Shown in pieces: positions 1 through 12,300 of a stretch of DNA of 64,000 nucleotides. The notes under the pieces are model-generated. The model saw nothing but the letters and a program-made list of their open reading frames with translations, had not been told where the DNA came from and made no database searches. The DNA lies in the NCBI GenBank assembly GCA_036172245.1, contig JAYWIR010000014.1, positions 3,472,001 through 3,536,000 on the forward strand, read 5' to 3'. The translations under genes were made by a program, and so were the position numbers. Every line of letters starts with the position of its first letter. Positions within the stretch are counted from its first letter, which is position 1. The stretch is from Raillietiella orientalis. Lineage: Eukaryota.

Positions 1-1014
1 TTTGCATGCAAAAATGCTTCCATAATTCAGCCTGCTCTATGGCTTTTTCACACTGCTCACGTTGTTCTCCAATACACTGGTACAACTGATGGAGCCGTTG
101 CTCGTATGTGGCAAGATTTTCATTCTCTTTCTCTTGCATGATATGAAGTTGCCGTTTTGTCAATTCTAAATTTGCACCCAAGTTGTGGATATTTCGTTTA
201 ACATGATCCTGTGCTCTACGAACAAAATCTAATTCCAACTCTAGATTAGCCAGAGATGCATCTTTGCATTCTAGTAACTTCTCTAGCTTATTCACAGTTC
301 CTTGCAATGCCTGTATCTTTTGTTCAGAGGAGACACTCAAATCCTTGAACGTAGATTCTAATTTGTGAATTTCCATTTCCTTGCATTTTTCAATCTCTTC
401 TTTCTTTTTTAATTTACACTGTAGATCTTCCATATGTTGCTGTGATCTTAGAACTACTTCATGTGCATCCTTCTCCTGTTGTTGTAAAGCATGATTGAGA
501 CTCATAAGATCACTCTCAAGCTGAGTAATTGTACTTTCTGCAGACAGACAACGCTCTTCTAGCTTCTTTTCTGTTTGCCTTGCACTTTGCAACAATTCTG
601 AATATAATCCTACACGTTCCTTCATTTCTTCATATTCTTCTCGTAGTGAATGTAGCTCCTTTTCCAACACTTCTTGTGGCTGGTTTACTAACACTCGACT
701 GTCAACCATGCATGGTCCATCTAGAATTTCATGTTCTGTGTAAAACTGCGACGATTTTTCTGATATGGTCTGCAAATTTATTAAAAAAAAAATCAATATA
801 CTGATCAGGAACATTAAGCATCTTCATTGGAAATACAATATTGAACAACAACTAGTAATTACAAATAAGTCATTCAACAGCCTTATACTCACTTTCTGAA
901 TGGGGTATAATGCAGGATGATCAGAGTTTATGTTATTCGCCACCCTCGCTTCAAGTAATGATTTTTTGAGCTTAGAAACACTATCTGGAAACATATTCTT
1001 AGGATTGTAAAGGT
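1..1014 (-). CDS. Partial gene for an uncharacterised coiled-coil protein (exons ~1014-893 and 769-<1; runs off the left edge; start not located)
   Basis: After a TTGCAG acceptor, minus-strand 769->1 is open for ~256 codons with E/K/Q/L-rich heptad-like sequence (..QEVLEKELHSLREEYEEMKERVGLYSELLQSARQTEKKLEERC..). Upstream exon 1014-893 (LYNPKNMFPDSVSKLKKSLLEARV..PIQK) ends at a GTGAGT donor in the matching phase. It is missing from the ORF track, probably because it has no stop inside the window. Confidence 0.7.
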
Positions 1015-3370
1015 CTGGAAAATTCGGATGACAAAATACAATTTTATTTTGTTGAGGACGTTTCAGTTATTCCAGAATTCAGTGTTATAATACTACTGGT
1101 TTAAAAAAAAAGTTCACCGAGTGGACAAATAATTAAACTAAAGAAATAAAAACTAATTGTTTGATAAGAACTGCTTTCAATACTTGTTCATGAAAATCGA
1201 TCTACTCATAAAGAAACGAAAAAATCTCTGCTTTCGAGCATATATTGCAAATCTCAGCACCTTTTTGACTCGCAGATACTTTCAACTTACCATTTTTTTC
1301 TGTAAATGGTTTTCTGGTAAATTTTGAGAAAGGTATCATTATAAAACAGATTATAATGCATACGTAGACGCTATTTGTAATTGAGAGAACTTCGAAAATC
1401 ATGCGTTAAAAATTAATCGCATCAGCATTCAAGAAAAACAGGCGGTTCACTTCAAAATCGAAACCGCAATATTTCATCCAATCAAAAAGAGATTTACGAA
1501 AAAGAGATTTGGTAGCCGTTTCGAAACAGGCAACTCTTTTTAGGAAATACTTACATTTATTATAACCTAAATGCAAATACTCAATTCAAATTTAAATCCA
1601 ACTATTTTGAAATATGCAGTTTGCATTTTATGCATTCATTACAAACCGTTTCCATCCCCTTTTAAAGACGTAATGCAAGGTTAGGGAAGGTTTTTTTCTC
1701 CGAGCCCTCCCAATACAAAGGATTTGAAGAACTGACGAAATTTTTGTTACTTCTGATTGAACGTGACCATTGACTTCTTGTGGATGAATATTCCCTTAAT
1801 TTTTTGACATTTTGATATGGGATATTCCAGCAACAGAATAAGATGCCAACGGGACAATGTACAATGGCATATATTATGTACTTAAAATAATTGAAAAAGG
1901 AGTCGAATTTTCGATTACAGATTGTCCTGCATCCAACTTTCAATTGCTAGGTTTTGATATAGCGTTTTTTATTCTTTATGAGCTGTTGAACAATCACTTA
2001 GAACTTCGACTCTCCTGTCAAATTGGTATTCTAAATCACGAATACAATTAAAATTCATTACGCCAGCTTGATTTCATAGCAAAATATTTGTAAACGTGGT
2101 AAACTCAAGTGATACACGCTACGAAAGGATATATCTTACTAATGCTTTAGAAATATCTGCCTAGTACATTCGTAGCACTAGTAAGGATCCAGATGCATTC
2201 TCACCATAATGTGCAATAACGGATATTCATATCTAGGATGAGATATATCGAACTTTTCGAATTATCCAATTTACAGTTTCCCTGATAATAATTTACGAAT
2301 GTATCAAACATCGGATGTTTTCCTAAATGTTTTTGAAAGGGAAAGTATTGAGTATCATCTTCAGACGATTGTGTTTTGATGTTTTATAGATCAGCCGATG
2401 GTTTTACTCAACTCATGTCTCTAACAGTAGTAAATTGTAATCATATCTCATACTAGACGTATTACGTATACATTGATTCTATCGTCCTCAAAAACAAAAT
2501 AGTTTACGGGATGCTGCCTTCTCAGTGTTCTCGTTGAAGATGGGTATCGAAGAGATTTTCATCCATTTACCCCAGACAGTATTGGCGCTTTTTGTAATCT
2601 TTTTAATGCAAGGTTTCACTGCTTTCTGAGTTTGTCCTTAATCATGACCATCAGTATTAAAATTTGAATTTTAGTAGCCTGCACCAAGTACTTTCAACCT
2701 ATGAATGACAATGTGTCATCCAACGGTAATACAGTTAGAACCTGGTACTTGTTGCATTAGGTAAGAAAGAGAAAACAAAATAGTTGCAAAACATGGAACT
2801 TATTTGTATAAACCACGTATATGGTGTGCGTGTTTGTTCATTTTAAAGAATGTTTCCGCTATTCTAGGAAGATCAAATGATTACAAATTTTAAAGTATCC
2901 GATAAATATATTAGAAAATCATAATACTTGTGCAACTACTGTATATAACACAGATTTCTAAAGGGTCATTTAAGAATCATATACCAAAACAAGAACATTG
3001 CTAACCAAAAAACAAAACTCCGAAATTCTGTTGACTAGAAATTACAACTGGTCTGTAGTATCAGTAAGAGAAAAAACGCTTTTAGCACAAAAAACTCACA
3101 AACCAATGATGAAGAACCAAATACAAAAACAAGTTTGAAGAACTCGTTAAGTATTTAAAGCGTCAGAAAAAATATGATATAATACTTTACTATGACATAA
3201 TACTTTATTCACCTGTAAGCTTCTGGCATTTGCATATTTCAGGGATTGTCAAACTACAATATTTTTTCCAGAAGAGCAAATAAATCTTCTTTTTGGTATT
3301 TCCCTATTTGATCAAACAATGTTGCTTTTAATACATCATTTTCAATAACTATGAGTCCAAAGCACAAGCA

Positions 3371-6300
3371 TTATAATTCATCTCTCATTGTTTTTGTGAT
3401 TTGCTGAGTTGGCAGTACATACACTCCCTCTGCAGTTTGCCATTGGGCTCTTTGAGCAGCTTGATCCATGGCACAGATTTCCATTTGTCCTTGTATTGGT
3501 CTACCATATATTTGACCTGAAGCAGTTAGATACCTAAAAAGAAAATTGCCTAACGCTGCAATCAAGCTTACTTATTTGTGTCTGCATGCTTTAAATAAAT
3601 GGGTTGCTCTCTTTGCCAAAATCCTGTATCACATACAACAATCCATAAATCACCAGTATCCCCTTCACCTAAAACCAAAATACTGCTTTTCGATGCATAA
3701 TAGTGAATTATAAACAGTTGTAACATAATCCCATAATACTTTATTCGCCTGTTTGTGTAAGAAATACCTTCAAAACCCAATAATTATTTCCTCATGCAAT
3801 GCATGATACAGCTATTGTTTATGTCAAAGTAGAATGTCTACACAATGCTCAGAATCAATTATTTTAAGATCTTTGCCAGATTAATGTTAAATTATTTACA
3901 ATAACATCCTCTATCATCGCAACAATAGATGCCCATTCTATTCATAATCTAGATCCATTGCATTATTAATCAAATTCAATTATCCATTAAAATGCTTGAG
4001 AAATCTGAAGGTTGAGAATTCTTCTCTGTAAATGTCTTACTGTTGTTCAAAGAGAGAAATAGAATTTTTTCTACTAAATCATTTCATTTTGTGATGCCAT
4101 TATAATGCATGCTCACAATATCATACTCTTAGTGACTGTCAGTAAACAGCTGCAATTTACATATCTTCCATGTCTATTCCATTGAAATAAAGAAAATTAC
4201 ATCCAGTTTGCACCCTTTGTAAACAGTACTGTTATTTACCAAGTGTGGTTTGAAATCACTGAGAAACATGGCATTACAATCCCACATATATCAGAAGTAA
4301 ACATGGCATTACAATCAGTATATCAGAAGCCTTTTCACAGGTGAAAAATTATAAGATTAGTTACATCTCTACACACACAAGGGGAACTTTCAAAACTATG
4401 ACCAAATAAATTCAATGCTTTTGCAAGGTCGATTTCTATTTACTCTGTTGTTGAGGATTCCCATAGTACAAAATCAGTTCTGTAATGACACAGAATTTAC
4501 CATTCTCGAGACTCAAAAAACGAGTCATGAAAACATGAAATAATATTTCCTTTCAATTATTGAATGGGACTGCTATATTGTTTACCTACAAAACCAAATT
4601 TAAAAGAACTACTTTCACTTCCAAAACAAACATTTTAAAATATGATTAAAATATGATATAATCTAATGCAGATTATGATTTAAGATTTCATTGGCTTTAC
4701 TCAGTAAAAAAAGAGAAAACTGTGACAACAAAGATACTCATTTTTGGATTTCTTTTTATTTTGAGCTGATTGTGTCCAATTTCAAAGAATGTGATTTACA
4801 TAATATCAATGCCATGTTACTCATAATTCACTGACATAAAAACCAAGGACTTTATTACTTTTTTCACTGAAAAAACGATTTTATTGTTGATCTATTATTT
4901 TTCGAATGTAATTTGGAAATTGAAAAATTTTGTTATGAAACAAGCTTTTATTTCAATGGAATACTTCATTCCCAGTTAATTTTAACCATCAATTTCCTGT
5001 ATTGCGAATTAAACAAAAGAATTACGCATTTTTGAACATATGTATGAAGCTAAACAAAAGTAAAAATTTTCCCACTGGATTAACCTCTCTGCACACACAA
5101 TTTTATAATCAAAATGTGTAATAGGTTCATTTCTCGTCCATTAGACTTTTTCTTTATATAAAGAGATGAAGAAATGAAATATTAATCTTGTGAATTATTC
5201 CCCTATCACCCACATTAACATGAATGAGATAAAAATATAAAGCAAACATTGGACTTATTTGTTTTGTAGCATTTTAATCTCTTCATTATCTTTCATATTA
5301 TTAAATATTCCACATTCTTAATTATATTGATTACCTACATCTTCCTTTAAGGAAAATAAAAATGAAAAAACATGAATAAAAATACTCAATACGATTAAGA
5401 ATGAAAGAAGAAAAGTAAATAAGTCCAATGTTTGATTTATATTTTAATCTCATTCATATTAATGCAGGTGGCAGGGGAATAATTCACAAGATTAATATTT
5501 CATTTCCTCATCTCTTTATGTAAAGAAAAGAGCTAATTGTGCATGCTGAATTAGAACCAACAGGAATTGTAGATGATTTTGGAGACACTTCACATGCATA
5601 TGATAAATTGACATTCAATACCAATAGCACAAAATACCTTCTAAAAATACATATTCTTCATCTATCTTATTTTAATTATTTTGATATCATTTATCTGATC
5701 TTACTTCTTAATCCTTCAAAATTCAATTTCAATTCTGATGAATTCTCTGAATATCAGCACAGATTCTAAAGCAGGTAAGATATAATTATGAACCAGCATA
5801 TATAAGTTTGGAACTCATTTTCACATTGCTCTGTATGTTACTATCCTCAAATGTTAGATGGATGGACAAGGAAATGTTTTTGAACTGATATCTAACTAGC
5901 TGCAATATTTAACAAACCCTGACTACAACAGTGACAAAACTGAGAAGTCTTGTTAAATTCATGTACCGTTTTCTCCAAATGCTGATACTTCTTGATTACC
6001 AGACAGTGGTGATGAAAACTTGTGTGAATGCAAGTTTCGTCTAGTTGTTAGATGTTCTAGTCGGACTATGGAGCCACATGCAATCGGTTCTCTAGAAAAA
6101 TAATAAAAGGTCTCTAATAGTACTAAAATAATGTTGAAGTTTGCAATCTGAAGTGCAAATTTTACAAATTTCTTTACGATTCAAGGGTCAAAAATGCTAT
6201 GTACCCACGACTACATGCATATTTCGATGTTCCTTTCACAACCCAATGTGAATTTACATCTTCCTGAACGTCTGTACCAGTTACAGATTGCTGACCACTT

Positions 6301-6506
6301 CCAGAACCATACTTCACATCATGGGAGTGTAGCCTGAATTTTGCAGTTGGACTTACTAATTTTATTACAGATCCACAGGTGACTACCTGGGACACTGATT
6401 TCGAATGAAGCAAATAAAGGGTGGTCACTATAGAAATCAAGCACTTACTTTCTGCAAATGTCATCACATTTGAAAACAATACCACTATGATGGAACTTAT
6501 TTTCAT
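3371..6506 (-). CDS. SDF2: Stromal cell-derived factor 2 (SDF2/SDF2L1-like) ER-luminal MIR-domain protein; exons 6506-6205, 6091-5967, 3668-3572, 3533-3371
   Basis: Diagnostic motifs VTCGSVIKL..RLHSHDVKYGSGSGQQSVTG..NSHW, CGSIVRLEHLTTRRNLHSHKFSSPLSGNQEVSAFGENGEGDTGDLW and YGRPIQGQMEI..WQTAEGVY. It has an N-terminal hydrophobic leader and a C-terminal RDEL (KDEL-like). All junctions are GT-AG and in phase. The start could instead be the second Met (~6464). Confidence 0.95.
4264..4330. repeat. Short tandem duplication (~35 bp unit, 2 copies) in SDF2 intron
   Basis: AAACATGGCATTACAATC..TATATCAGAAG occurs twice back to back. Confidence 0.8.
5140..5537. mobile_element. MITE/foldback-like element with ~115-bp inverted arms inside SDF2 intron 2
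   Basis: 5146-5260 (..AAGAGATGAAGAAATGAAATATTAATCTTGTGAATTATTCCCC..AAACATTGGACTTATTT) is the near reverse complement of 5417-5531 (AAATAAGTCCAATGTTT..GGGGAATAATTCACAAGATTAATATTTCATTTCCTCATCTCTT). The spacer is AT-rich and non-coding. Confidence 0.7.
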
Positions 6507-8175
6507 GATTTCTGAGCATCACCTTCATAAACACTTTATGTTATCGATCACAGCACATTCTATAAACAACAAACGGATGGATGAAAATTCTTTGAGAAAA
6601 ACGCATCTCTACAACCTTCCCCACAGAGAAACAATTATTTAAAACAAATAATTCGAACAAACTAAATAACACTCAGATCTTCCTAATAAAGATCTTATAT
6701 GAAAGAATGGATTGTATACCTTATATATAAAAGAATGGATGAATTCCCAACATAAGTATCGTCTGACAACTCACAACATTGTACGAGAAACGTCGACATA
6801 TGAGAACCACGTTTCACTATTCGTACTTTGCCGACACGTACGATTGGTACCATTCGTCAGCGATAGCAATGTATTTTCTTGAACGGGTTACCAGGATTCT
6901 TAAAATAAAATAACTAAGATGTATACAGCTGTGCTACAAAATCTGTAAAAATAAAAGTGAAAAAACAATATAATAAAACGAATTATTACTCTAAAATAGA
7001 TATATCTCATTCAACGATCTAGATATTGCAAAAGTTAAGCGTAATGAGCTTATCATTGTACTTGGTAATTCCTAACAATTATAATCTCATCTTTACTGAG
7101 AAATTTTTTGGTTTCGCCCTACTCTAGAACTTAACGTATTAGAGCTTTTCTTGAGCTCAAATATACCAATAAGAATATGTAGATAAAAATGTAAGTAGAT
7201 CTGCAAAATGCTGCTCTACAACCAAAAAAAAACAGTCATCATTACTTCTATCCCATCGAAGCTTCAGAACAGAGACCAAAGTCCAATGTTTACAAAATAT
7301 GTTGCAACACCCAGCGAGTAATCGGCTTTTAGAAAGATTGAAAGCGCAGCCACATTTATTGAAACCGAAGGATAACTATGATTTCCAACCATTGCAGTCA
7401 ATTAGAAAGAAGAAATATTGTTAATTTATTAAAAATGTGTTCCACTTATCCTTCTAAGAGTTACATCAAAAAAATGCACAGGTTTTCTAAAAAATGCACA
7501 ATCTTTTTGTTCGTATATATGAATCAGGTCCTGGCACTCATGCTATTTGAAACTTAGAAAAACTCCAGTGAAATAATAATTTTAAATGGAAAAGGCAGTC
7601 GGCTGTCATCCGTAAGATTACCAATAAATGCATTCTTTAAAAAGTAATGCTTACAAAATAATAGGAAATTGAATTCATTCAAAACAAGCAAAAACAATAG
7701 CGGTTGAGTCATTCAAAAATCTAGCTTCAAACTTACTATTTGATTAATTGACAAAAAATTTTCTCTTAAATTCTTTTTATTTCATTTTCATATAGACTAC
7801 CAAGTAAATCTGTTTAGTATCAATCGCTTTTAAGTTCCTAACTATGAGTTTTCTTTCAATAACCTTAAATCGACTAATTCTCAAGAGTTGAACTGAGTTT
7901 TAACTATTACTGAGTTACTTTGCCATTAAGATCATTACCATAAGACGACTAATTTGCAGATATACTTATGGTTATGCTTGCTTTCATTAACTGTTGGATT
8001 TCAAATGACTTTAAAATTCTATGGGAAAAAGTACTCCTTGACTATGAAGGGAGGGAAGAATATTGGAACCTTATGTCGCGAAATTCACCTGAATCATTAA
8101 GATTTAATTATTAAGATTTGTTTGATAATTTACTAATGTAGGTAAAGATAGATTTGATGTTGATCATTATTTGTT

Positions 8176-8294
8176 TCGTTGGGTTTAAATATGGCCCACG
8201 TCGGACGCTTTGTGGTTAAGGCTTCCGCGCGTGACACCATGCGTCGCGCGTTCAAATACTGCGGCAGACACTGATGCCACCGCGTCGTTGGGTT
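8176..8294 (+). mobile_element. tRNA-derived SINE-like insertion with 10-bp flanking direct repeat
   Basis: A-box-like TGTGGTTAAGG (8211-8221) and B-box-like GTTCAAATAC (8250-8259) have tRNA spacing. TCGTTGGGTT is repeated at 8176-8185 and 8285-8294 (candidate target-site duplication). Confidence 0.55.
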
Positions 8295-8299
8295 CCGAT

Positions 8300-9305
8300 G
8301 GATGAACCGGCTACAGCTAGTTCAGCAAAATTAATTGCTGTGATTCGGAAAGCTTCCGAATTTGCTATATAATAGCAGATGCAGCTTTGATCAGCTGCAT
8401 GTTGATGCCGGTGTTGGTTGGGTAGTTGGGGAAGTAATTTTCTGTTACCTCCGCGGCCTCGAGAATCGACGTTGCCTCAGGACGAAGCGCTCTTAGGTGG
8501 CGATACCCAAGAAGGTTGGGTTCGCAGTCATGTTTGCTGGGACAATGGGTGGAACCCCATTGTGGAAGAGGTCGCTGCTGACTTAGCGAGGCTCTAATCA
8601 TGCCGAGATACCTAGGGCTGGTATCTCTTCCTAGAGGTTGTGGGTGTCAGCGTCGATGGGGCCATATAGGCCAGGAATGCCGTCAACTCACTTGACTTGG
8701 CATTGGTAGAAAGGCGGAATAAAGATGTTGTCCTGTCTTCGTTGTCGTAACACCGAGACCAGCGAGACAGAGACGCACTGGCTCAGGTACGTTGAATGAC
8801 TGGGTCGCAGTCATAGCAAGGAGGGTCTCCTCTTGTGGAGTGAGATCCTAGAGAGTTTGGCCTTCAGGTGTACCATGCGTAACCAAGCGAGCGAGGTGGT
8901 GTAATAATCAAAGATTTCAGGTGTCTATTGCTTGGATCGGTTCGCGTCGTCGGTGAGCATCTGACTGTACACGCAGCAGCTTATCTCTGTGGTGGCGGCC
9001 AGGGAAAGTATCGTGCGGAGATCGACTTCTCGCATTGTCATGTCTTCCTTGAAAATAAAGTCTTCGAAAGGACATTTCTTGACGATATCTTCACATCTGA
9101 CAATGTTTTTAGCTCGTGTTTGGTGGTGGCAGCTTTGCTGGCACTGGTGGGATTTTCCCTTTGGTTGGCCGGTGTGTGGGTAGATTGGAGGGTAGCTCAG
9201 CTGCATTTGCAGCAGAGGATCCTTCTCATTTATGTGCGCGTGGTTAAAAGCGCGGGGATCTTGCTGGTTCTCAGGCTTGCCGAAATAGACACGTTGATCA
9301 GCCAT
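8300..9305 (-). pseudogene. Endogenous viral element: disrupted capsid-like ORF resembling arthropod partiti-like dsRNA viruses
   Basis: An intronless island of higher GC. The stitched minus-strand translation is ..PFEDFIFKEDMTMREVDLR..VYSQMLTDDANRSKQ*TPEIFDYYTTSLAWLRMVHLKAK/DLTPQEETLLAMTATQSFNVPEPVRLCLAGLGVTTTKTGQHLYSAFLPMP/DGIPGLYGPIDADTHNL*EEIPALG/..NLLGYRHLRALRPEA..FPNYPTNTGINMQLIKAASAI/ANSEAFRITAINF. It has at least 2 internal stops and several frameshifts. The motif string matches my recollection of partiti-like capsids/EVEs and is not search-verified. Confidence 0.7.
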
Positions 9306-12300
9306 GAATATCCGTTAGAGAAACACAGTATTGGATCAGTAATGAGAGGAAAGTGGAGACTGGATAAATCTCTTTCTTTAAAGAAAGTGGGTTGCTTTAA
9401 ATAGGGTTGGTCCGAATTTCGGGCCTCAGAAATACATCATAAAACGATATGGATCTTCAAAAAACTCAAAGATTGCCATTGAAACACCTCAAAACAATGC
9501 TTCCTACAGAATTCAATCACAAGGACAATGCTCAGTAACTCTTCAATTAGTGCTGCTAATTTCAAAAGTTTTTATCAAAACAGTATCAATTCAGCTCTCT
9601 ATGAATTAAGTGTGCAAACTTTGTTGTAACCATCTTAAAATAAAAAAATCTGTATCAGTTCTAACGGAAGTTATTCACCCCATCCCCGTAAATAATACTC
9701 ACTTCAAAAGAATAAGTTCAAGAGGATTGTTTTTGAGGAGAAGGCTTTTATGGGCAGTGAAGGAAGTATTGCATAATGTGCAGAAGGTCATAATGCCTCA
9801 TCTGAGATCTGGATTTTTATTAATCATTCATTATACCATCGTTTTTCATTTGCATAATCATCATTTTATGAGAAAGGACTTCTTAATTAAACTGCTTAAT
9901 TACTATGTTGATAATAGTATCATGAAAAGTGTCATGACTTTAGCATCGAGAAGAAGATATTATCTAGGTAAACAATATTTTTGTTTTTACAAATTAGATT
10001 ACATTTAAGGCTCAAGCATTTAGTTTGTCAGTGCGAATGTTCTTGTCTTTCTTAGCAAAACGAACAGTTAGAAGTTGTTGAACTTATTCATTGAAATCAG
10101 AAACGAAAAACTGATAGGTATTTCAATATTACATTCTAGCGTGATATGTAATAGGTAATTTCGTAGTCATTCCTTAAAAGTATTGATAAATCAAGTCTTT
10201 AATATAATTAAGGTTCATATTCTTATATTTTGGCGTATTTGAATATACTTTGATAAGAATTCAGTTTTTAGAGGATTATAGCAATTAATTACAGCTCAAC
10301 TTCTCAAATGTTCAGCCTCAATAAGAATTCTGCGTTTTTGTGTTTGTATGTTGATGGTTAGAGTATTTAAATTTTCTTATTTTGTTTGCAGGATTTACGT
10401 TTGATTGTGACATCTGACCTCTTATGATGTCCGGAATGAAAAACAAAATTTCACTTTTTCTTTTCTCAAACATTTTCCGACAAATGACCATAAAAGACTG
10501 CACGTTCTCAATCTCTTTTCAAAAACTACACGATCTGTTTACCTTATATGCATAGTTTGCATAGTAAACTATTGAAGAGTGTTTTGAATGGAAGTATATT
10601 CTTTTAATTTGGCTCACGTCTGTCGGAAACAGGCAATTTAAGGCATATTCCTGTGTAAGTACCCAATACTTTTTATTAATATTAATATTTTTGAAACACT
10701 GTTTGCGTAAATAAAAAGTATCTTTTCCTGAATTACACTTTACAATAATAGTTGAATGTGTTTCATAAAGATCCAAATGCACATTTGATCTGAGGCGTTT
10801 AATATCAATGAACTTCGATCAAAACGAAAATTTTAAGCCTTTTTCTAATTGTTTTAGAAATACTTAAAGAATATTCAAATTTATTTCCTCATGAAAAACA
10901 TTACAAAGAAGCAATAACATGAACTCGAACTTTACTGACTTTTTTTCTTTATACTGCCTATCAAAATATCGTCATAAGTGATATGATGAAATTTCTTAAA
11001 ACTTGGGAAGCAAGAATTATTGGAAGTTGACTTACTCTATCAGTTCTGCGGTTACTGATGGATAGGTAATTTCCATTCAATAATTTCTAGTAAAAAAGGG
11101 ATTAAATTAATGCCATCAGAAATGCTATTCATATGCTGAACGTAGACATTTTACTGAATACACAGTTTTGGATAATAACCAGCATGTATAATTGATTATT
11201 AAATAACATATTCAAACATTTTGTAGCTAAAATGCAAAAGGGTTAAATTTGCATGTTGGTATAACCCGACCTCATTTTGCGGCTTAATGAGACGCATTTA
11301 TTGCGGCGAGAAAAGTGTCCAAAACTCTTGGTGACTGAAATTCTGTTAAATCAAAACCAGATGATACGACGGTGAATCCCATAGATATTTAAAAATTCTT
11401 TCTCCTACTATTCCAACATTTCTGAAAAGAGGCGCAGTAAATATAAAACTTTATCCGCAGGAGTGATCAAAACGTTAAGTGATTTGGATTTCCAAATATC
11501 TTGACATTTCACTGGAAAAGTGCTCCATGGGATACATTGAGCAGTTTTCTTGAGAAATCTTACGAAGTCACAGCTTGTTAATGGCTTTGTGGTTTCATGA
11601 AAACGAATGTCATCCGTTTATTTGCACAAGCGTATGGAAAGTTTACATTTTATCAATGTTTATTTTTAGTTGTTAGGAGATCAGGTGAACTAAGGAGTCG
11701 TATGGCAGTGTTTTGATTTCGTTCTACCATTTTAAATTTAATAATCCGTGAGAGTGCATCAATTTCAGCTAAGACTCATTCTACTGCATGATCCCACAAG
11801 AATTAGACTCCAAAGATCTTTACAAGAAAGGTTTTTTTTTTTCACTTGTGAAACGACAACCAAACCATTTCCGAGTATGCAGCTTTTTTTTTTTCCTTCA
11901 TAAACATCAGACATCAAAGCAAAACCAGTTTTGTCCATGTATTTACTTTTACTTGGACGTTTAGTGTCTCATCTTAGAATCATTCAGTTGGAAACTTTCT
12001 AATGGAGAAGGCATTAGACATCCTTGAAATGTGGATTATCTGCACAAAGTTTTAAATGAAGTTTATAGCCGTATCTTGAGCGTTGCTTATAATGACGAAC
12101 GGCTAGATTCTTCAGCTATACATATACACGTGAATATATAAACGATGAATTGAATAAATAAATAAAGATGAGAAATAAGTGATACTTCAACTTAATAATG
12201 ACTCGATATTAATTATGTAGTGTATTGATAGTGGTCTTCATTGCATATTTTACTTTTGCTTTGTTTAGAAACATTCGGCTATCTTATCTTTGCTGATTAT

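Noticed and set aside
6780..6860. ER-stress element upstream of SDF2 (CCAAT and several ACGT cores)
   Set aside because: The spacing does not fit ERSE (CCAAT-N9-CCACG), ERSE-II or UPRE consensus.
8928..9404. 158-aa hydrophobic plus-strand ORF
   Set aside because: It is the antisense shadow of the viral capsid-like frame and has no independent support.
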